From contig CAWHWQ010000003.1 of NCBI GenBank assembly GCA_963833095.1, positions 199,376 through 263,375 of the forward strand: a stretch of 64,000 bases of DNA. Direction: 5' to 3'. A program made the position numbers and the translations under genes. The notes beneath the pieces are model-generated. The model did not search any database. It was given only the letters and a program-made list of their open reading frames with translations, and was not told the origin of the DNA. This document shows positions 10,682-21,120 of the stretch, in pieces. The stretch comes from Vulcanimicrobiota bacterium (GTDB lineage Bacteria; Vulcanimicrobiota; Vulcanimicrobiia; Vulcanimicrobiales; Vulcanimicrobiaceae). How positions within the stretch are numbered: position 1 is the first letter of the stretch; each line of letters begins with the position of its first letter.

Positions 10682-11140
10682 CTGCTATGTTAGGTGATCT
10701 TGGCTTTACTATCGTTGACACGAGCGGCAACACGTTGCGTTTCGATGACTTCAATATCAAAAGACTCGATCGACATACCCTGAGCGGAATACCCAGATGA
10801 AAAACGACGAAGGCCGGGGAAGAGATGTTTAGCCGAATCAAAGCCTTCTTCGGGAGAGATACGAAGCAGACTTCGCCGCCGCTTTCTGGCCGGTCGTTTG
10901 TGCCCTGCGATCTTCCCTTACGCGGCACCTTAGACCGGCGCTACTGCAAAGGGCGGTTCGGCACGTGCCTTACGCCGCCGAAAACAGAGCAACACTTGTG
11001 TCGCATGGCCCTCGCGTCTATAGCGCTCAACCGTGATACAAACCGATTATGGTGTCAGTAGCGTTCCGGAACGTCGGAAGCTGAGCCTGTCGCGCGAACT
11101 GGAGGACGTCCGTTGCGAGCGCCTGAATAATCAGGCGCCA

Positions 11141-11386
11141 ATGGCTACACAAAAGCTTGGCCCGGTTCATAAACTTCCGGCGGACTTGCGGAAAGCAATT
11201 GAATCTGACTCGGTTGCAAAGGGTGTGTGGGAAGACATTACGCCGTTAGCCCGCAACGAGTGGATCTGCTGGGTTACCTCCGCGAAGAAAGATGATACCC
11301 GCAAGCGCCGCATTACCGTCGGCCTGGATAAAATGCGCAAGGGTATGCGCCGGCCATGCTGTTGGCCGGGTTGCCCGCATCGCTAA
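11141..11386 (+). CDS. YdeI/OmpD-associated family protein
   Basis: 'LPADLRKA', 'TPLARNEWICWVTSAKK..TR.RRI', 'RRPCCWPGCPHR'. Confidence 0.85.
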   Translation: MATQKLGPVHKLPADLRKAIESDSVAKGVWEDITPLARNEWICWVTSAKKDDTRKRRITVGLDKMRKGMRRPCCWPGCPHR

Positions 11387-11403
11387 CTAAGGCGTTGCTG
11401 GAA

Positions 11404-11730
11404 TCAGCGCGGAAGATGCATGGCAAAAGACTTAACGCCTGCCGTGCGCACGCGCGATTCGATGGCCTCGAAAATGTCCAATGTCAGGGCGGCAACTCCG
11501 AGGCGTCGCATCACTTTCCCTTCGGTGCGTAACCGCTGGACCATCGCGCGGCGACCGACATCGTCCGTGTTGCCCAGGCCCCACTTGTTGCGCGGAAGGC
11601 GTGGATCGTTATAGAGATCCTCGATCACCGCAGCCAGCTTATCCGCGGGGCCTTCCAAAGTGATCAGATGCGGCCACAAGGCAAACTTCATCGTCCGATC
11701 ATCAGCTATCATTTTTCGGCCCTCCCTCAC
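11404..11730 (-). CDS. Hypothetical protein
   Basis: 108-aa ORF with plausible composition; no motif recognised. Confidence 0.5.
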   Translation of the reverse strand: MREGRKMIADDRTMKFALWPHLITLEGPADKLAAVIEDLYNDPRLPRNKWGLGNTDDVGRRAMVQRLRTEGKVMRRLGVAALTLDIFEAIESRVRTAGVKSFAMHLPR

Positions 11731-11842
11731 CCCTTACAATCGGGTGGAAAAGCGCCCTCATGAACACGCTTTTGCCAACGAGCTGTAAGCGCTTGATATA
11801 GCTTGTGTAAACGCCGTGGCCATCCACCGAGATTGGCAAGGT

Positions 11843-12010
11843 TTACGGGTTCTTTAGGAACCGCAAATAGAAGGCCATAAACACCAAGACAATACCGATG
11901 TTCGCTATTAGCCGTTCCAAGAATCGATTTCTGAAAAACAGCAGATCCACACTAACGACCACGGCAATCAACACCACAAGGTATAGCACGGCAGGCATGA
12001 TCCTGACCAT
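11843..12010 (-). CDS. Small two-TM membrane protein (55 aa), absent from the ORF track
   Basis: MVRIMPAVLYLVVLIAVVVSVDLLFFRNRFLERLIANIGIVLVFMAFYLRFLKNP*, with GGAG RBS. Confidence 0.7.
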   Translation of the reverse strand: MVRIMPAVLYLVVLIAVVVSVDLLFFRNRFLERLIANIGIVLVFMAFYLRFLKNP

Positions 12011-12036
12011 TTCAATCTCCTACAAGCGCCACTGGC

Positions 12037-14147
12037 TTAGGGCATAAGCCCACGGTACTTTAGCAAGGGCGCGACATTGGGATCGGTTCCATAGAAGGCT
12101 TTGAACATCGGGCCATAGTCCTCGGAATGACCGCGCGAGAGGATCATGTCGCGGAAACGCTGGCCGTTCGCGCGCGTCGGGCCGCCGTGATCGATGAACC
12201 ACTGATAGGTGTCATCATCAAGCATCTCGCTCCACGCATAGGCGTAGTAGCCGGCGGCGTAACCGCTCGACCAGATGTGTGCGAAGTAGGTAGAGCGATA
12301 CCTGGGCGGGACCGATGGAAAATCCGTTCCCGAATCGGCAAGCGCCTTTGTCTCGAAGGCGTCGGCGTTTTGCTTCGGCGCACTCGCCGGCAATGTGTGC
12401 CATGCCATATCGAGCTCATCGGCTGCCAGTGCCTCACCCGATGCGTAGCCTTGGTTGAACTTCGCGGCAAGAAGCATCTTGTCCATCAGCGCCTGCGGCA
12501 TCGGTGCGCCGGTACGATAGTCCACCGCATAATGTCTGAGGAACGCTGGATACATCGCCCAATGCTCGTTGAACTGCGAAGGATACTCAACGAAGTCGCG
12601 CGCGGTGTTGGTCCCAGAAAGCGACGCATATTCCTGGTCGGCGAAGAAAGCGTTGAGCGCGTGGCCAAACTCGTGGAACATCCCGGTCACTTCGCCGGTG
12701 GTTAGAAGGGTCGGCTGGCCGGGCGCACCCTTCGGAATGTTTTCCACGTTGTAGACCACCGGCTTCGTTCCCCACAGCTTCGACTGCTCGACGAAGGTAC
12801 TCATCCACGCGCCGCCCGACTTATTGTCACGTTTGAAGAAATCGAAGTACATCAGGGCGAGAGGTGAGCCGTCCTTGTCATACACCTCGAACACGCGCAC
12901 ATCCGAATTATAGACCGGAATATCGTGCCGCTCTTTGAGAGTAATCCCATAGAGCTGATTCGCTGCGTAGAACAATCCGTTCGTAAGGACGTTATTGAGC
13001 TCGAAATACGGCCGTACTTGGGCATCGTCGAGGTCGTACTTGGCTTTACGTACCGCCTCGGCGTAGTGATTCCAATCCCACGGCTGCAGTGCGAACGTTT
13101 GTCCCGATGCGTCGATTTGTGCCTGGATTTCCTTGGCATCTTCTACAATTTTAGCGTGTGTCGGCGAAATGAGCTGTTTGAGGAATTGCTGAACGGCCTC
13201 GGGGGTCTTGGCCATCTGGTCGACGAGCGCATACGCTGCATAATTCGGATAGCCAAGCAGCGCGGCTCGCTGTGCCCGTAACTGCGCGATCGAAGCAATC
13301 GTGTCGCGCGTATCGTTGGCGTCGCCTTTCTCGGCGCGATTCCACGAGGCCATAAAGAGCTTCTCCCGCAGGTCGCGGTTGTCCAGGGACTGCAGCGCGG
13401 GTTGCTGCGTGGTGTTTTGCAACGAGAGCATCCACTTGCCGTTTGGTGATGCGCCGTTGCCGCCTGCGCGGCGGATGCGATCCCGGCATCGCTCATCCCA
13501 GCCAGCTCCGCCTTGCTGTCGACGACGACCGCGCCCGCCGCCGTTGCGGCTAGCAACTTGCGGTCGAAGGCGGATCGCAGAATCGAAAGGCGTTTATCGA
13601 TTTCGCGCATCTTCGCCTTGCCCGCCGGACTCAATTTTGCTCCGGCCTGGACGAAGCTCTGATAATCGACCCGCACGAGTTGCTGCGACTCAGGATCAAG
13701 TTTCAACGTTCCGAGCCGGTTATACACGGTTTGGATGCGGGCGAAGAGCTTGGCATTGAGATAGATCGCGTCTTGCGCCTCCGCCAGCTCCGGAGCGATC
13801 GTGTCTTGCACGTTTTGCAGCGCGTCGTCGGTATTAGCTTGCGAAACCGCGTTGAATGTCTGGGATTGACACGGTAGAGCAGCGCTCCCGCCTTCTCCAT
13901 CGCGACGAAGGTGTTGGCAAATGTCGGCGGTGCCGGATTATTGGCAATCGCCGCGTACTCGCGCGTCTTGCTGGGCGATGCCCTCGCGGAATGCCGGCAA
14001 ATAGTCACTATCTTTGATCCGGTCGAACGGCGGAGCGCCGAACGGCAACGTGCTCGGAGCAAAGAACGGGTTGGTCGCACTCGGGGCGGGCGCTGACGGG
14101 ATTGCGACCAGCGCAAATAGGACAATGGCAGCAATAAGACGATTCAT
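12037..14147 (-). CDS. dcp: M3-family peptidyl-dipeptidase with signal peptide; frameshifted (about 13440 and 13860-13970)
   Basis: 'NPFFAPSTLPFGAPPFDRI', 'KSGGAWM', 'HEFGHA', 'RDFVEYPSQ', 'YAAGYYAY' distributed over several frames. Confidence 0.88.
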
Positions 14148-14235
14148 AGGCCGTCAATTACGACGCAAGTCACATTTTTCCGCCGACGTACCGCCTTCTT
14201 TATCCGACCGGCGCAAGAGAACAGCGACGCGCACC

Positions 14236-15274
14236 TTAGTTCTGCGCGGTAGCAGATGCGTAACGTGCTCGCATCGAGCGCGCTCCCTCGCCCAGGGCGC
14301 GAAGTTTCCCATAGGCAACCCGCGTGACATGGGGGCCATGCCGCAGTTGGTCGTTGGGTGATCGATTCGGCAGGCAGATACTCGAGCGCCGTTTCGATTG
14401 TTCGAATGACGTCTTCGGGTGTTTCGATCGTCGTCGGAAGCGACGTCGATGCAGCCGACCGCGACGGATTTGGTCTTGAGATGCGCAAGCACGTGCGGCG
14501 GGACGCGCGACCCCGCAAGCTCGATCGCCACCTGGTCAACATTGCTGCGCGCCAGCATCGGAAGCACGATATCATATTGATCCCAATGTTCGCCGAGGGA
14601 GTGCTTCCAGTCGTTGTTCGCCTGAATCCCGTAGCCGTAGCACACGTGGACCGCCGTCTTGCACGGCACGCCGCGATACAAGCGTTGAGCGCGTCGATGC
14701 CCCACTCGTCAACCTCGTCGAAGAACACGTTGAACGCTGGTTCATCGAGCTGGACGACGTCGACGCCGAGTGCGCAGAGGTCGAGAATCTCGTCATGGAT
14801 GACGTCGGCGAAGGCGAACGCAAGATCACGCCGCGAGCCATAATGGCCATCAAACAGCGTATCCACGATCGTCATCGGCCCAGGAATCGTGATCTTCAGC
14901 GTGCGATCGGTCACACTACGTGCGAATTGCACTTCTGCTGCGTGCACGCTTTTCGGGCGGCGAATCGGGGCGACGACGCTCGGGCAATCGGCTTCATAGC
15001 GATCGGCGCGGATACCGCGCCGCACCTTCTTCTCGAAATCTACTCCTTCGATGCCGGCGACGAACCCATGGACGAAGTGTTGGCGAGATTGTTCGCCGTC
15101 GGTCACAACATCGATTCCGGCGTGCTCTTCTTCAAAAAGTGCGATCCTGCGTCGCATCGCGCATCGCGTCGGCGAGCGCGTCTCCGCTTTGGCGCCATTG
15201 CGGCCAGAGCCGTTCGGTCTCGGCGAGCCACGATGGTTTGGGAAGACTCCCGCAATGGTCGTTGGAAAAAGCAT
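14236..15274 (-). CDS. Cobalamin-independent methionine synthase, catalytic-domain-only type (MesD-like); several frameshifts
   Basis: 'TTIAG', 'TDGEQSRQHFVHGF', 'PGPMTIVDT', 'QLDEPAFN', 'HVCYGYG', 'NCGMAP'. Confidence 0.85.
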
Positions 15275-15579
15275 CGTCTTAGGCTTCCTCTCTCCGATGC
15301 CTTTGCCTCCTTCATAGTGGGAGCGTGAGTCGGCGGCGAATTGCACGATCGCAATGGGCATCCGAAAGAGCGGGGGGCCGCGCTCGTGTTATAAGAAAAA
15401 CGGTGCCCCGAAGGTCGCGTTCAAAACGCGAAAAGAAGCCGCGCGCGCCGTTCCCCGCACGAGCGTCGGTCTGCAGCCCTATGCGTGCCCGTTGCACGGA
15501 TGGCATCTGGGGCATTGAGAACGCCTCAATGCAACCCGGTCCGAAGGGTCCGGTGATACCCGCGGCAGAATACTTCCGC

Positions 15580-16230
15580 GTGCCCAGGGACGATTGGTAT
15601 AGAAAAACCACGTGGTCGACTGACGACGCGAAGGACTTCTTCGCGCAGCTTGCTTGCTCGCAAACGGATATCCATCGCGCACAGTACTTAAAGATTCAGG
15701 CGCTCACGCTCAAAGACGCAAAGCAGTACGATGCCGCACTCGAGTTGGTTGAGACGGCCATCGAGAAGTTTCCCAGCAGAGAAATGACGCCGTTGCGCAA
15801 GCTACGAGCGGAGTGCCTTTGGGCGTTAGGCCGTCGCGAAGAGTCGTTGGAGGCATACCGCGGCGCGTTCCAAGCTCAGCGCGAGCAGCGCAACGCTTTG
15901 TGTAACGTGGGGCTGGCGTTCGCCGAAGCGTTTCACGACGTTGACGGTGGTGTCCACCGCTCGGAGCTCCTCGAACTTCTCCGAGAGGAAGTCGCCCAGC
16001 CTGAGTCCTTTGGACCTTTCCTCGAATTCCGGTACTCGCTTATGTTTACTCGGCTCCTCGCGGGTCTCGGGAAGATGGACGCTGCTGCGAAGTGGGCGGA
16101 TCGAGCGCTCTCGGCGCAGCGCGCCGAAATATCCGGACTGCGACATTATAAACGCGTTGGCTGGGCGAGCGGTGTTGACGAGGGCACCGAAATCTGGTTA
16201 CGACAGCTAGCAGCACGGGCCAACGAGTGA
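15580..16230 (+). CDS. TPR-like helical repeat hypothetical protein
   Basis: 'DWYRKTTWS', 'RAQYLKIQA', TPR-like 'AECLWALGRREESLEAYR'; start uncertain. Confidence 0.65.
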   Translation: MPRDDWYRKTTWSTDDAKDFFAQLACSQTDIHRAQYLKIQALTLKDAKQYDAALELVETAIEKFPSREMTPLRKLRAECLWALGRREESLEAYRGAFQAQREQRNALCNVGLAFAEAFHDVDGGVHRSELLELLREEVAQPESFGPFLEFRYSLMFTRLLAGLGKMDAAAKWADRALSAQRAEISGLRHYKRVGWASGVDEGTEIWLRQLAARANE

Positions 16231-16264
16231 ACGTAGCCTGCGTGAAGGTAGCAGCCGGAAAGCT

Positions 16265-17005
16265 GTGATCGAAAATCGGGTCGAGATCATCACCGCTGAT
16301 GGCGTCATGGATACGTTCGTAACGTATCCCGAGCGAGGCGGACCGTTTCCGGTGATCTTCTTTTACATGGACGCGCCGGGAATTCGTGAGGAGTTGCGCG
16401 ATATGGTCCGTCGCCTCGCGACCGTCGGCTACGCCGTCGTGCTGCCGAATCTCTACTATCGCGCCGGAACGGGGACAGCCCTCGATCAGCAGCTGCTGCG
16501 CGAAGAGGGACCCGAGCGCGAGCGGATGTGGCAACTCATGTACAGCATCAACAATGCGCTGATTATGGACGATACGCGAGCCCTCTTCGCGTTTATCGAC
16601 GAGCAATCGTACGCCCTGACAGCGAGCATCGGTTGCGTCGGCTATTGCATGAGCGGCCAGTATGTCTTTACAGCTGCCGCAGAATTTCCAGATCGGATCG
16701 CGGCGATGGCTTCGCTTTACGGTGTGGGGCTGGTGACCGGCCGGCCCGATAGTCCGCACCTCCGCGCGGACCGCGTCAGCGCAGAAATGTATTTTGGTTG
16801 CGCCGAAGTCGACAGCTATGCACCGCCCGAGGTCGTCATCGAACTCGAACGCGCGCTCCTATCAGCGAGCGCCCCTTTTGAGGTCGAACGCTATCCCGGA
16901 ACCGAGCATGGTTTTGCGTTTCCCCGTCGCCCGGCCTACGACAAAGTCGCAGCCGAACGGCACTGGGAACGTCTATTTGCGCTCTTTCGCCGCCGTCTTG
17001 GATAA
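16265..17005 (+). CDS. Dienelactone hydrolase family protein
   Basis: 'YMDAPGIR', 'GYCMSG', 'HGFAF'. Confidence 0.9.
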   Translation: MIENRVEIITADGVMDTFVTYPERGGPFPVIFFYMDAPGIREELRDMVRRLATVGYAVVLPNLYYRAGTGTALDQQLLREEGPERERMWQLMYSINNALIMDDTRALFAFIDEQSYALTASIGCVGYCMSGQYVFTAAAEFPDRIAAMASLYGVGLVTGRPDSPHLRADRVSAEMYFGCAEVDSYAPPEVVIELERALLSASAPFEVERYPGTEHGFAFPRRPAYDKVAAERHWERLFALFRRRLG

Positions 17006-17638
17006 CCGCGCGAGCCACGCACCAATGTCGCTCGTCTCGGCTGCGCTGATCTCGTGCGCGATCGGATAACTGTGCTCGTCTAATTTTGCGCCGCTACTCT
17101 CGCGCAAATACATTATGCTCCGCGCGACGAGGTCGGCCGGAATGACGCGATCGAACGATCCGTGCCCGTAAAAGATGGGAAGCCCTGCAAGACGGTTTTT
17201 TGTTATCGACAGATCCGTGTCGAAGGGCAGCGCACCGCTTAGAAGAATGGCACCCGCGTAACGTGCCGGCTGATCCAACACGAGTGCGCTCGCCATTGCC
17301 ATGCCCGCGCTGAACCCCAAGAGATACACGTCTTGCGGCTCCGGGCGTCCGGCTGTAAGAGTGTCTAGCCACGCTTGAAACCAGATGAGTGACGCGCGCA
17401 GGCTTTCACCGATATAACGACCGGGCGTGCGGCTGTCACTCCAGGTGTAGCCGCCTTCGTCGGTCGGCAACGGCGCGCGCACCGAGGCCACCGCAACAGC
17501 AGAATCGATTGCGAGAGCCAACGAGAACAAGTCGTCTTCGTCCGCGCCGCGGCCGTGCAGCAGCACCAGAAGCGGGGGGCGCTTCGCGTTGGCGTTCTGG
17601 GCTTTACGCCAACGTACCGTTGGCGGCAGAGTGTACAT
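16973..17638 (-). CDS. Phospholipase/carboxylesterase (alpha/beta hydrolase)
   Basis: 'LLHGRG', 'GFSAG', 'HGSFDRVIP', 'AHEIS'. Confidence 0.88.
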   Translation of the reverse strand: MYTLPPTVRWRKAQNANAKRPPLLVLLHGRGADEDDLFSLALAIDSAVAVASVRAPLPTDEGGYTWSDSRTPGRYIGESLRASLIWFQAWLDTLTAGRPEPQDVYLLGFSAGMAMASALVLDQPARYAGAILLSGALPFDTDLSITKNRLAGLPIFYGHGSFDRVIPADLVARSIMYLRESSGAKLDEHSYPIAHEISAAETSDIGAWLARLSKTAAKERK

Positions 17639-17652
17639 CGTACCGAGTGGAG

Positions 17653-17847
17653 CTAGTCGTCGCGCTCGGCCGATTCCACGACGGGGTCACCGCCCTCTTC
17701 GATGCGGACGGCAAACGAAATTGGACTGCAACATACCGGGCAATCCTCCGTAAAGCGCTGCCGCGAGCCCGCCGTGGGATCGACGCCGACGTGATTTTCC
17801 CGGCCGCAGTACGGGCAGATGTAGGCGGCGTCGGCTTCCAATGGCAT
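17653..17847 (-). CDS. CPXCG-motif cysteine-rich protein
   Basis: 'CPYCG'...'EDCPVCC.P'; GGAGAGG RBS. Confidence 0.85.
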   Translation of the reverse strand: MPLEADAAYICPYCGRENHVGVDPTAGSRQRFTEDCPVCCSPISFAVRIEEGGDPVVESAERDD

Positions 17848-18046
17848 GCCTAGTCCCTCTCCGCGAAAGTGACTGTCACTCCCTCCCAAAAATCGCGCGA
17901 CTGCGGCAAGCACAGCAGAAAACACCGTGAGCTATCAACATTAGGCGCCGCAATGTAGGAGCAGCGCGGCAAGCCGATCTCGACAACTGCCTCCATACAC
18001 GTAACGAGGGCGCATCCCAGCTACAAATCCAAGGGTTTTGGGGGCC

Positions 18047-18571
18047 ATGGAAACGACAACACTCTCCAAATTTCAAGCGCGCCTGGGCACCCCTTCCGAC
18101 CTCGCGCAAGACGCGCGGGACGAGATCGGCAAGGCGCTGCTGCCTCTCACCGCCGACGTGGTGGCGTTGTTCCTCAAGACGAAGAACTACCACTGGCACG
18201 TCTCGGGCAGCCACTACAAGGAATATCACGAGCTGCTCGACGAGCACGCGACGCAGATCTTTGCGATGGTCGATGTGCTCGCCGAGCGCTCGCGCAAGCT
18301 CGGTCAGCCGACGCTGCGCAGTGTTGGCCAGGTCTCAAAGATCACGCGCGTCGACGACGATGATCGGGACTTTGTCGAACCGCATGCGATGTTGCGCCAG
18401 TTGGTCGAAGATAACAAGGATCTCGTCAGTCGCATGCGCGCTGTGCACGGTACCGTGGACGAGCTCGGTGACGTCGCGACGGCTTCCTTGCTCGAGGTCT
18501 TCATCGACGAAACCGAACGGCGGATTTGGTTCCTGTACGAGACCGCGGTCGGCGAACAGTACACTAGCTAG
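18047..18571 (+). CDS. dps: DNA starvation/stationary phase protection protein
   Basis: 'KTKNYHWHVSG', 'HELLDE', 'DVLAER', 'ETERRIWFL'. Confidence 0.93.
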   Translation: METTTLSKFQARLGTPSDLAQDARDEIGKALLPLTADVVALFLKTKNYHWHVSGSHYKEYHELLDEHATQIFAMVDVLAERSRKLGQPTLRSVGQVSKITRVDDDDRDFVEPHAMLRQLVEDNKDLVSRMRAVHGTVDELGDVATASLLEVFIDETERRIWFLYETAVGEQYTS

Positions 18572-18739
18572 TAGTAGGCATTCTGCGCTTTTTGGATAAC
18601 GTAAGGCCCCGCGCGGCCCTTCGCTAATTTGCGCGCGAGCGAGCGCTTTCTCAAAATCGCCGGGCCGATCGAATAGAGATTCCGGCCGCCTTTTAGACAA
18701 ATGGCCGGAAAGATCGCCGGGGGCGGGCCGAAAGGCCAC

Positions 18740-20182
18740 ATGATGCAGCCTTTGCTGGAATCGTACGAGCAGGCCGCCTGCTACGACGAATACGCTGATC
18801 GGAACGGGCTCCCGCGGCGGCATTACGCCGGCCTTGCCGCCACGCTTCGCTCAATCGAGTGGAGCGATTTGCGCGCGCGCGAGCAGCGGGTCAACGCCGT
18901 TTTGCTTCAGCGCGGCGTCACGTTCACGGTCTATGCCGACAGCCAAGGCACCGAGCGCATCATGCCCTTCGATCTCATCCCGCGGATCATCCCGGGAAGC
19001 GAGTGGAGCCGGCTTTCGCGCGGCATCGCTCAGCGCGTTCGTGCGCTTAACGCCTTTCTCACCGACGTCTATCACGAGCAGCGCATTCTTCGTGAAGGCG
19101 TCGTTCCGTGGGAACTGATCTATTCGTCCAAGTTCTTCTGCCGCGAAATGATCGACGTGCGCCTATTCCGCAACATCTACATCCACGTCTCGGGTATCGA
19201 CCTCATTCGCGGAAGTGACGGCACGTACTACGTTCTCGAAGACAACTTGCGCTCGCCCTCGGGCATCTCGTACGTCCTCGAAAACCGCGACGTGCTCAAG
19301 CGTTCCTTTCCTAAACTCTTTGAGAATTACCAGCCGCTGCCGGTCGACGACTATCCGTTGCGCCTGCGCGCCGCGCTTCGAGCAAGTAGCCGCAACGAGG
19401 ATCCGACCATCGTGCTCCTGACGCCGGGCATCTACAACGCAGCGTACTTCGAGCACACGTTGCTCGCGCGCCGCATGGGCGTGGAGCTGGTCGAAGGGAG
19501 CGATCTCATCGTGCACGACAACGTCGTCTTTATGAAAACGACGCGCGGGTTGCAGCGCGTCGACGTCATCTACCGGCGTATCGACGACGACTTCCTCGAC
19601 CCGCTCTATTTCCGGTCTGACTCGGCCGTTGGTATCGCGGGATTGATGAACGCCTATCGTGCGGGCAACGTGGTTATCGCCAACGCCGTCGGTACCGGCG
19701 TTGCCGATGACAAGGCGGTCTACCCGCACGTGCCGGCGATGATCCGCTTCTATCTCGATGAGGAACCGATTCTCGAGAATGTGCCGACCTTCGACTGCTC
19801 CAACGAGCGCGAGCGCGAACACGTGCTCGCGCACCTCGAAGAGCTCGTCGTCAAGAACACCAATCAATCCGGCGGCTACGGAATGCTCATGGGACCGTCC
19901 TCGACGGCCGACGAGCGCGAGACCTTTCACGACGCGATTTGCGCGCATCCCCGTGACTTCATCGCCCAACCGGTGATCCAACTCTCGTCGCATCCAACCA
20001 TTGCCGGGGAGCGGCTCGCGCCACGACGCGTTGATCTGCGTCCGTTCGCGCTTTACGGCCACGAGGTTGACGTCCCGCCCGCAGCGCTTACGCGTGTCGC
20101 ACTTACCGAAGGGTCGCTGATCGTCAATTCTTCGCAGGGCGGGGGAAGCAAAGACACCTGGATCATCGAGGATGAGGGATAA
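18740..20182 (+). CDS. Circularly permuted type 2 ATP-grasp protein
   Basis: 'PFDLIPRII', 'LEDNLRSPSGISY', 'YRRIDDDFLDP', 'GVADDK', 'VNSSQGGGSKDTW'. Confidence 0.93.
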   Translation: MMQPLLESYEQAACYDEYADRNGLPRRHYAGLAATLRSIEWSDLRAREQRVNAVLLQRGVTFTVYADSQGTERIMPFDLIPRIIPGSEWSRLSRGIAQRVRALNAFLTDVYHEQRILREGVVPWELIYSSKFFCREMIDVRLFRNIYIHVSGIDLIRGSDGTYYVLEDNLRSPSGISYVLENRDVLKRSFPKLFENYQPLPVDDYPLRLRAALRASSRNEDPTIVLLTPGIYNAAYFEHTLLARRMGVELVEGSDLIVHDNVVFMKTTRGLQRVDVIYRRIDDDFLDPLYFRSDSAVGIAGLMNAYRAGNVVIANAVGTGVADDKAVYPHVPAMIRFYLDEEPILENVPTFDCSNEREREHVLAHLEELVVKNTNQSGGYGMLMGPSSTADERETFHDAICAHPRDFIAQPVIQLSSHPTIAGERLAPRRVDLRPFALYGHEVDVPPAALTRVALTEGSLIVNSSQGGGSKDTWIIEDEG

Positions 20183-21120
20183 TGTTATCGCGTGTCGCTG
20201 AATCGCTCTACTGGATGAGCCGGAACCTCCAACGCGCCGAAACGCTTGCGCGCATCGTCGACGTGGCGTTCAACCGCACCGTCGATCGCAACGTAGCCGG
20301 ACGTCAGCAGACGACCGCGATGTGGCGCAGCGTGCTCAGCCTCGTCGGCGTCCCCGGCGACGACGCCTATCCTGGCAGTTCGCGTTTTGCCGTTGACGCC
20401 TTTGCGCTCTCGACGTTTTCTCGCGAGCATCATAGCTCGATCGTCTCCTGCATTCGCATCGCGCGCCAAAACGCCGCCAGCGTCCGCGCCGAGCTGAGCA
20501 GCGAAGCCTGGGAAGCGGTCAACGCGCTCTATCTCTTCATCGAAAAGCAGTCTCCGCGCGCGGTCGTCCGCGCGGGACCCTCGTCGTTCCTTCGCGAGAT
20601 TCGTGACGCAAGCATTGCCTTCGGCGGTATCGTCGATGCCACGATCACCCATGGCGAGGAATGGAACTTTCTCCAGCTCGGGCGCTTTCTCGAACGCGCT
20701 GCGACGACCGCAGGTATCCTCCAAACGCACGACGAGAGCGATGATTCGGTTCCCGAATGGCAGCGCATCCTCGAGATGTGCTGCGCCAGCGAGCCCTTTG
20801 CACGAACGTTGCGCCACTCAAATGATCCCCACGATGCGCTTGCGTTCGTTCTTCTGCACCGCGCGTTTCCGCGCTCCGTGCGCTATTGTACCGTTGAGGT
20901 TGACCACGCGCTGCACCGTCTTTCGGAAACGCAGCTCGGCACGTTCAGCAACGAAGCCGAACGCGTGACCGGACGCCTCGCTGCGATGCTCGACTACGTG
21001 CGGCTTCGCGAGATCGTCGACGAGGGGACGGTTGCCTTTGCGCGTCGCCTCGCTGCGCGCCTTGCGGAAATCGGCACCGCCGTGGAAGCTACGTACTTTC
21101 CACTTGTTCCGGCAGCATAG
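20182..21120 (+). CDS. Alpha-E domain protein (DUF403)
   Basis: 'MLSRVAESLYWMSR', 'ARQNA..VR..LS.E.WE', 'LGRFLERA', 'FPRSV'. Confidence 0.9.
   Translation: MLSRVAESLYWMSRNLQRAETLARIVDVAFNRTVDRNVAGRQQTTAMWRSVLSLVGVPGDDAYPGSSRFAVDAFALSTFSREHHSSIVSCIRIARQNAASVRAELSSEAWEAVNALYLFIEKQSPRAVVRAGPSSFLREIRDASIAFGGIVDATITHGEEWNFLQLGRFLERAATTAGILQTHDESDDSVPEWQRILEMCCASEPFARTLRHSNDPHDALAFVLLHRAFPRSVRYCTVEVDHALHRLSETQLGTFSNEAERVTGRLAAMLDYVRLREIVDEGTVAFARRLAARLAEIGTAVEATYFPLVPAA

Noticed and set aside
10629..11061. ORFs 10629-10928 (-) and 10825-11061 (+)
   Set aside because: No recognisable motifs and atypical composition; cannot be supported as genes, though a small gene is not excluded
17854..17863. 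TCCCTCTCCG matching the tRNA-Ser 3' end (possible attR of an island)
   Set aside because: Only 10 bp, coincides with the RBS of the CPXCG gene on the minus strand, no integrase is present, and the interval includes housekeeping genes
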